Shown here: positions 55,465 through 55,844 of the stretch, piece by piece
How the letters are laid out: the number at the start of each line of letters is the position of its first letter
Position numbering within the stretch: the stretch's first letter is position 1
Source: a virus
Taxonomy: Duplodnaviria; Heunggongvirae; Uroviricota; Caudoviricetes
Reading direction: 5' to 3' (one strand)
DNA: 55,844 nt
Virus record (IMG/VR): IMGVR_UViG_3300043119_000318
Notes under the pieces: model-generated
Database searches by the model: none
Told to the model about the DNA's origin: nothing
What the model saw: only the letters and a program-made list of their open reading frames with translations
Made by a program: the position numbers and the translations under genes

Positions 55465-55842
55465 TTATCCTTCGTGATCCTCGTATTTAAGTTTCGCTAA
55501 GATATATTCTTTGACCAAAGATGATCTAACGATATCGTCAGGCGTAAACTCAATGCGAGTAAAAGCACCCATGTGGTGAGCGATATCAAAGAATTTTAAA
55601 ATTCCAGTAACGTCGTTCTTCTTTTTATTCAAGTCTGTCTGGCGATAATCACCACACCAAATAATTTTAGATCGATACCCCACACGAGTCATAACGGTAT
55701 CGATTTCTTCGAATGTCAAATTTTGCATCTCATCAACAATGATGATTGCATCATCAAAAGACATACCACGAATAAATGATGTAGAAATGAATTCAATATG
55801 ATGTTGTTCTTCTAATCTATCCCAAGCGTCTTTGCGGTCAAA
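55465..55842 (-). CDS. phoH: PhoH-like protein, 3' part; runs off the right edge
   Basis: The frame extends past the ORF-track start: IEFISTSFIRGMSFDDAIIIVDEMQNL...TRVG..SKIIWCGD.RQTDL. Confidence 0.9.
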   Translation of the reverse strand, partial: FDRKDAWDRLEEQHHIEFISTSFIRGMSFDDAIIIVDEMQNLTFEEIDTVMTRVGYRSKIIWCGDYRQTDLNKKKNDVTGILKFFDIAHHMGAFTRIEFTPDDIVRSSLVKEYILAKLKYEDHEG

Positions 55843-55844
55843 TA

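Overview
This window is part of a large T4-like (Tevenvirinae/Kyanoviridae-grade) myophage genome, most likely infecting a Gram-negative bacterium; that host assignment is inference. Bases 1-38594 are a leftward late operon of neck, fibre and baseplate genes: gp13 (partial), several fibre/decoration proteins, a 2451-aa virion protein, gp8, a 3284-aa gp7, gp6, gp25, PAAR, gp5, a hub protein, gp53 and gp48. Bases 38645-44732 are a rightward late block: gp4, gp2, gp54-like, holin, small terminase, gp26, gp51 and a tape-measure candidate. Bases 44783-55844 are a leftward replication/accessory block: gp32, gp59, gp33, a PTP-like phosphatase, ClpP, a SleB-like hydrolase, an outer-membrane barrel, an HNH endonuclease, an exonuclease, GT2, a PlcP/LpxH-like phosphoesterase, a GH19 endolysin and PhoH. 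The strongest signals the ORF track misses are: (1) a circularly permuted two-piece tmRNA (tag ANDSVFDVALAA) that appears to have arrived with an HNH endonuclease inserted into the T-arm of a different tmRNA allele, whose 5' remnant survives upstream; (2) a candidate -1 frameshift joining gp26 and gp51 just before the tape-measure gene; (3) a PhoH / PlcP-like / GT2 cluster resembling phospholipid-remodelling genes; (4) recurrent domain-within-domain insertions in virion proteins, including a 12-module array in gp7; (5) a gp5 carrying GH19 and M15-like hydrolase domains. All family assignments come from motif recognition by eye, not from database searches.
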